Source of the DNA: Ramazzottius varieornatus
Lineage: Eukaryota; Animalia; Tardigrada
Assembly (NCBI GenBank): GCA_001949185.1
Contig: BDGG01000008.1
Span: 1,240,001-1,304,000 of the forward strand
DNA: 64,000 nt
Direction: 5' to 3'
Shown: one piece after another, positions 58,565 through 64,000 of the stretch
Layout of the letters: each line of letters begins with the position of its first letter
Position numbering within the stretch: position 1 is the stretch's first letter
The notes under the pieces: generated by a model
What the model was told of the DNA's origin: nothing
The model's input: only the letters and a program-made list of their open reading frames with translations
The model's database searches: none
Program-made: the position numbers and the translations under genes

Positions 58565-59959
58565 CAGTGTCTACATACGGAGCACTGCACATACACTGAT
58601 ATGATTATCCTTGTAAAGCTGTGCGTCGGCTAGAAGTTTGTAGAAACAGCTTATCATTCATTGCACTTACGCGGCTTAGTGTGGGCAGATTCTTGTTGAA
58701 GGTTTTGATCGAGGGAAGTCTTGTCTGTCTGTCTGTCTTTCTTGTGCAACGAGAAAGGGGGAGCTCACTCCGAACCATTGGAAATCATTGTAAAGACTCG
58801 CTGAGAGCTGCAATGTGAAGAAATCAAGTTGAAATTTTGTGGTAAAACATAAAACTGGAAAAACGCTGTTTGGGTAAGATGAAGTAAGAAAAGAAATCTT
58901 TTTACGATAGCACTGTAGAAACCGAAACCTGTTGATAAAATCCGTGTCGGTTAAAAACCGACACTGATAAAATTTACCGTCAAAGCATTATGAAACGTTT
59001 CCGTCAAGCATCAAACTTCAATAAAAGAGCACGGTCCGGAATTTTGAGAGGCCCAGTTCGTATCCGATGATTCCGATCACTGGAGATCGCTGGGCTCATT
59101 CGCATGGGAAAGAGCTCGGATTCGCGAACGAAGAGGGTAGGCGTCAAAGTCCGTGATCTTGTGACAGATACCCATGGCAGCCGCTTGCACTCTCTTGTGA
59201 AATGACGAGGATTCCACAGGCATCGTGACAGGATCAGCATCGCGAATGATGCGCGGAACTGCAAGCAGAATGACACAACAGTTTAACAGATTAATTGAAT
59301 CCGACCGCATTACCTTTCGAAGAAACCACCGGCTTTTCGGGCTCCTCCCTGAGCTCCCGCCTCTTCACGAATGGCGGAATCTTCAACGGAATTTCTTTGG
59401 CGCATTCCGAGAGATCGTGCGGGAAGAGTTTCCGCACACGTAAAACTGCAAATCGGGTTTCTCGAGTCGCTGTTTCGGACCTTCTCCATGGCTCTGCTGG
59501 CGGCTGCCAAGCCGTGGATGTTCGTGTGAGCCATGAAGAACAGCGCCAGACGACGCTCGTAACATTCATACGGATTCTGCTTGTCCAGGTCGCGCTCGAA
59601 CTCTCTCTCCTGCTTTGACTTACTGGGCGAGTCATCTGGTGTCGGAAAGTCTTTGGGTCTTCAGATGGTCCTTCCATGACGCGACTTTACCATGGTAGGA
59701 TTGTCTGCTTCTTTGTCTTGGAGAGAATCTGCGTTCTCCATTGTCAAGAATTTGGCCTTGGTCGCCTGTCTCTGCAGCCACTGAAACTCATTAGTCCAAA
59801 AGACATGTTCGATGACAACATGCATCGACCAAGTGTGGGCTACTGTACCTGAAGCCGGTACTCGGGGTTTCTCCGAGCCTTGGATCATTGCCCGTCTGGC
59901 CATTTCGGACACGGAAGTTGCAGCGGCCAGTGTGTTTGGCAGGTTGTCATCTTCAAGCT

Positions 59960-60916
59960 TCCCATCCGGTGTACCTACCGTCAGAGAGGTCTGGTGAAAC
60001 AATTCAGGGTGAACGGTAATAAAGAAAGACTGATCGAAAACAGGCATACTTACATCGGATGTACATCGGATGGCGATCTTTCCGGATTTCTGTATGGTGA
60101 CGGTGGGGCCGGAGTCGCCGAAACTGATCGTCGCACCTTTCTGGATTTGCGGATCGAACCTGCGAAATATCAGACGAGCGAGTTGCCGATAAAGACACCT
60201 AAACAAGCAAAAGGGTAGGATTTTCACTCACACTACTTGTTGGTAGAGGGAGTTGAGCTTGCGGAGGTTGACCTGGAATGGGAGCTCGAAAGCCGTGTAA
60301 ATGCAGTTGAACCGAAGTTCGAAGACCCCGACATCCGGGTCGAGTTTGCTGAACTCCCATGCGATCTTCAGAGCGACAACGTTCACTTCCATCAGGCTAA
60401 AGGAAAAAAGACAGATTACCAACCGGAATTCTCAGTACCTCACGAGTAACTCACACGCGAAAAATTAATTCAGTGACGTACGTGAATTTTGGGAGATAAC
60501 ACAGTAGTACCTCTTTTGCCCAAAACACCGAACGAACCTTCCCGATTCACGTGACATTCCCCGTTGTAGAATGGAAATACGATCACCATCTATGAAACAG
60601 AAGGAAGTCAATCTGATTGTAAATTAGCCCAATATTAGATTTCAGATCCAGAAGGGATCACCGAGCAGGGATCTTCAGTACTTACCCACTGAGAATTCTG
60701 TTTCCGGCTGAACATGGTGCCGCAGTTTGAAAGAACCGCATCCAGTGGTGCTTTGAAGGCCGCGGTCTGGGACAGCCGGAAGGTGGAGAGTACGCCCAGT
60801 CCGCTGACTTCAATATTATTCTCGAACTGGAGCAGTGAATCCTTTGGTTTAGTGGGGAACTGGGTTTGGCAGATGCTCCGCGCAAGCCTTTGCAAGTTCT
60901 TCTTCTGCACCGCCAT
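59960..60916 (-). CDS. Highly divergent TBP/TRF2(TBPL1)-fold protein; probable C-terminal extension towards ~59000, unresolved
   Basis: Exons 60916-60686, 60589-60511, ~60396-60233 and ~60159-59990 align manually and colinearly with both TBP repeats. One splice junction (60511/60396) is phase-inconsistent as read. Confidence 0.55.
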
Positions 60917-61016
60917 CTTGGACAGTAGGTCGGTTCGGGATCTCGCAACCTGCACAACACAGAAAATGATTTCCGTCACAGTTACGCTAGTATCGAACGT
61001 CCGATTGCACAAGACG

Positions 61017-61899
61017 TAGAGCTGTAACTGTTAATGGTTTGAACCATATGGTTTGGTTTGGTTTAAGTGGTGGTTTGCATGCCAAACCGGTTAAATGAAA
61101 ATGGTTTCTCCCACAAACTACAAAAACTGGTTTGGTCCAAATTTTGAACCAGACCATTTAAACCAAACCACATAAACCGCCGGTTTGAACCGGCTTGCGA
61201 ACAACTTTCCGATCACCAGCACATAGTAAATTCTGCCAGTTTTCTTCACTTGACTAAACAACTAAGATAACCACCGAGAACAAGAAACTGAGCCAGAGTG
61301 GCTGGTCTCTCTACGAACACACGCAAACAGGCAAAACTGGCGCGTGCTGGAATTAAAGAAGCACCATGGCAAGCCATCCGGTAGTGCAATCATTTTTCCA
61401 CCAGCAGTGTTGTCCAACACTGCCGGAACTGCGATTTTTACCTGACGGAAGGCGTTCTGATGTCGCGCAGCTTGTGACACGGTGCTCACCCAGTTAAAGC
61501 TGTGCATCACGTGCCACTCAGAACGATGTGGCTGCGCACAGTGGCAGTGGATGGAAAAGGATTGGCACTACCAGACGGCCAATTTCGGCTCGAGTTCTGG
61601 CACGGAATCCGCAGATCTCGTACGAAGTCTGCCCTTACTGCAAACTAGTGCTGGGATAAATAAGATGAAATACGATATGATATTTTCTGATAAATATCTT
61701 TCAATATTTATATTCCGTTTTAGATACCAACCACGTATCGATATTTCGATATGATACATTTCTGATATGTTATTGTTGATATATCGAATTTTATTGCAGT
61801 GATATATCGATATATCAAGCCAGTACCATGTTGGAAACTATCGAAATCAAGAAAGAGCCACAGAGACACCAAACGGCTATCCTTCACTACGTTCGAGTC
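61017..61899. mobile_element. Truncated inverted second copy of the composite hAT element
   Basis: Near-identical reverse complement of ~51693-52563, including the junction of the nested element; only one terminus is present. Confidence 0.92.
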
Positions 61900-62354
61900 A
61901 TAAGATATTTTATTTTCACGTTGCGAGATACCGTCTCGCATATGGCTTCTTGATACCTATTAGCATCAAGGATATTGGAAGACAGAGACTAGCCAGAGGA
62001 AACCATGAATTTCAGCCTAGTCAGGAGGCAATGTTTGCCTACAAACATACCCCGCAAAACTCGCGCATTTCCGGTCCCGTTTCCGAGACTTGCGAAAAAC
62101 CTAATTTCGCCTCACTCACGACTAATTTCCGTTGATCAAGCAAACTCAAATTTTAAGTCAACCGTTTGCGACATAAACAGCTCGTCGTGAGGAGGACCAT
62201 TGTAACAGAGGGGCGGCACTTCAGGACGTCAGCCCAGATTTTCTGTGATGCAAATTTGATTGAGCGGGGAGCGCTTTTGCGTGCTGTTTTAGTCTAGTAC
62301 GAGCTTCGTCTACCTCCATTCCGTTAAAACCTTGCTGTTTCATGCAGATCCAGA

Positions 62355-62720
62355 ATGCCGCGTGTATCCGCTTCCAAATCGGCGAAGAATAGTGGGAGGA
62401 AATGGGCTGCCGAAGACAATGGCGAACCGGCGGACAGCCGGGACGGGTCGCGGAGGGATGAAGACCAGACTGGCCCAACTCCATTCAATCTCTCCACGCG
62501 ATTCAAGGCGGATGTTCTGAAGAAGTGCTTGTCCAGTGGCTTTGAGGACTCCAAGACCAAGCTATCCAACGAAGCCCTCATCATGATGGCCGAAGCTCTC
62601 CGTTTTACTGTTTATGAAACGCTGGCCAGAGCTGTAAATCAGGCGAGTGCCGAACAAGTCAACACCGTGGAAGTCTCTCACGTTGAGAAGATTTTGCCGC
62701 AGCTGATGCTTGATTTTTAA
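62355..62720 (+). CDS. CENPX: Centromere protein X / MHF2 histone-fold protein
   Basis: FEDSKTKLSNEALIMMAEALRFTVYETLARA..VEVSHVEKILPQLMLDF. Confidence 0.92.
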   Translation: MPRVSASKSAKNSGRKWAAEDNGEPADSRDGSRRDEDQTGPTPFNLSTRFKADVLKKCLSSGFEDSKTKLSNEALIMMAEALRFTVYETLARAVNQASAEQVNTVEVSHVEKILPQLMLDF

Positions 62721-62945
62721 TGTGTTCTGCCGTATTCCACGACGGTGATGTCTTGTGGCGATCTGTAAATATTTTACCCTTGATTTTCTTGTTTTATTGA
62801 TTGAATGCGTTTATTCGAGTAATTACTAACTTTAATTTTAGTTCTTTCGGTCTGAATTCTGCGGTAAACATGAGCCGTCTCCTCTTCTCCTGTTGACGCC
62901 CATAGTTGAATGAAACTGGGCTGTTCATCTCTTGCGAGTGTACTA

Positions 62946-64000
62946 ATGGATGCGACCGTCTCTGTTACGGTGGTTGGTCCACCGGAAGCGCCTGTTGTCG
63001 TAAAGGTACAGTATCATAACGCACCGGACTAGAATCGATCCTAGGACCAATCTCTGTATGGGTACATCGTGACACTTTCACTGGACATCATTTTCTCTTG
63101 CAGAAGACCATTCAGATCGTGAGCGAATCGAAAGGACTGGCGGCGATCAAGACCGAATACATTCTGAAAGATTATGTGCGCGAAGTGGACGTTGAATTTC
63201 TCTCCACTGCTGACCGAGAGAAGCTGGGGGTTAACGAGATTAACGCTGAAGCGAACGGAGATCAAGTCTCCTCAGGCAACGGTGCACCAAAGCTGAAAGG
63301 AAGAAACAAGAAGCGAGCCAAAGCTGGTTACCGGGACGCCATTAAAGTCTGCTCATACGTTCTGCAGAATAAACTATGTCCATATGGCGAGAAGTGTCGC
63401 TTTGCTCATGACGCCACCAGCTACCTCTCGTCGAAACTCCCGGACATTGGTGATAAGTGTATAAACATTGAGAGACGTGGAGTTTGCCATTACGGTATGA
63501 CATGTAGGTTTGCATCGAAAGACCACGCTCCAATAACTGAACAAGCGACTCAGTCTAACGCAGGAGAGACAGAAAAGACGTTCCATCCCGATGAAAGAAA
63601 TGGTTTGACGAGGGAAGTCCAACGCATTTTACGGAAACGAACCTTCGTCTTCCAGAAACGAAACAGAAATCAAGACGTTGAGACCAAGAAGCAGAAGCAG
63701 GCGGAAGACGGACAGAAGGACTCGGCGGAAGTAGAGCTCGAACCTTTGGTCGATCTTGCCCTGAACGATAAACCAAGTTAGTGTATTATGCAAAACAGTA
63801 ATTGATATACAGGTACTCTTTACAGTTACTCGAAGAATTTTTTTTGGTTTAAGGTGTGGAAGAGAAGCCGCTCGGATCGGTGACGGATGAAGACCAGATT
63901 CCTCTTCGGCCTTCCGAGAAGAAGAAGCTTGACTTCCGCAACAAGCTCTACCTGTCCCCGCTGACGACCGTTGGCAACCTGCCCTTCCGAAGAATATGCA
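62946..64000 (+). CDS. DUS3L: tRNA-dihydrouridine synthase 3-like, 5' part (runs off the window)
   Basis: [16 protein letters not shown], two CCCH-type fingers ([11 protein letters not shown]; [10 protein letters not shown]) and [32 protein letters not shown]. Confidence 0.92.

Noticed and set aside
51833-61759. Identical small ORF pairs at 51833-52330 and 61262-61759
   Set aside because: By-products of the duplicated non-autonomous hAT element; no transposase motifs.
1-64000. tRNA, rRNA or other structured ncRNA genes
   Set aside because: None recognised by eye; a covariance-model scan would be needed to exclude intronic snoRNAs.

Overview
Gene-dense eukaryotic (protostome animal) genomic DNA with short GT-AG introns, mostly ~60-100 nt. 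The compact architecture would fit a small invertebrate such as a tardigrade, but the species cannot be established from this window. Recognisable genes, in order: USP10, two tandem atypical p38-like MAP kinases (the second disrupted by two DNA transposons), akirin, TXNDC11, a Dpy-30-motif gene, a corazonin/GnRH-family GPCR, four secreted proteins (two WAP, one Gly-rich, one Asn/Gln/Gly-rich), a membrane guanylyl cyclase without a kinase-homology domain, NDUFA5, TAF2, RRP7A, DAD1, TRMU, MRPL22, AMFR/gp78, a very divergent TBP/TRF2-fold gene, CENP-X and the 5' part of DUS3L. Mobile DNA is abundant: pogo-like, Sailor-like (DD85E) and mariner relics, nested and composite hAT-type elements, several MITEs, a ~124-bp palindrome family at 12 loci, and a 50-bp fixed-spacing inverted repeat enriched in TAF2 introns. 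The most notable leads are the TBP-fold protein lacking the TATA-intercalating phenylalanines, the MAPK pair lacking the TxY motif, and the two-TM (possibly NIT-type) guanylyl cyclase. All calls come from manual motif recognition; no searches were run and exon boundaries are approximate.
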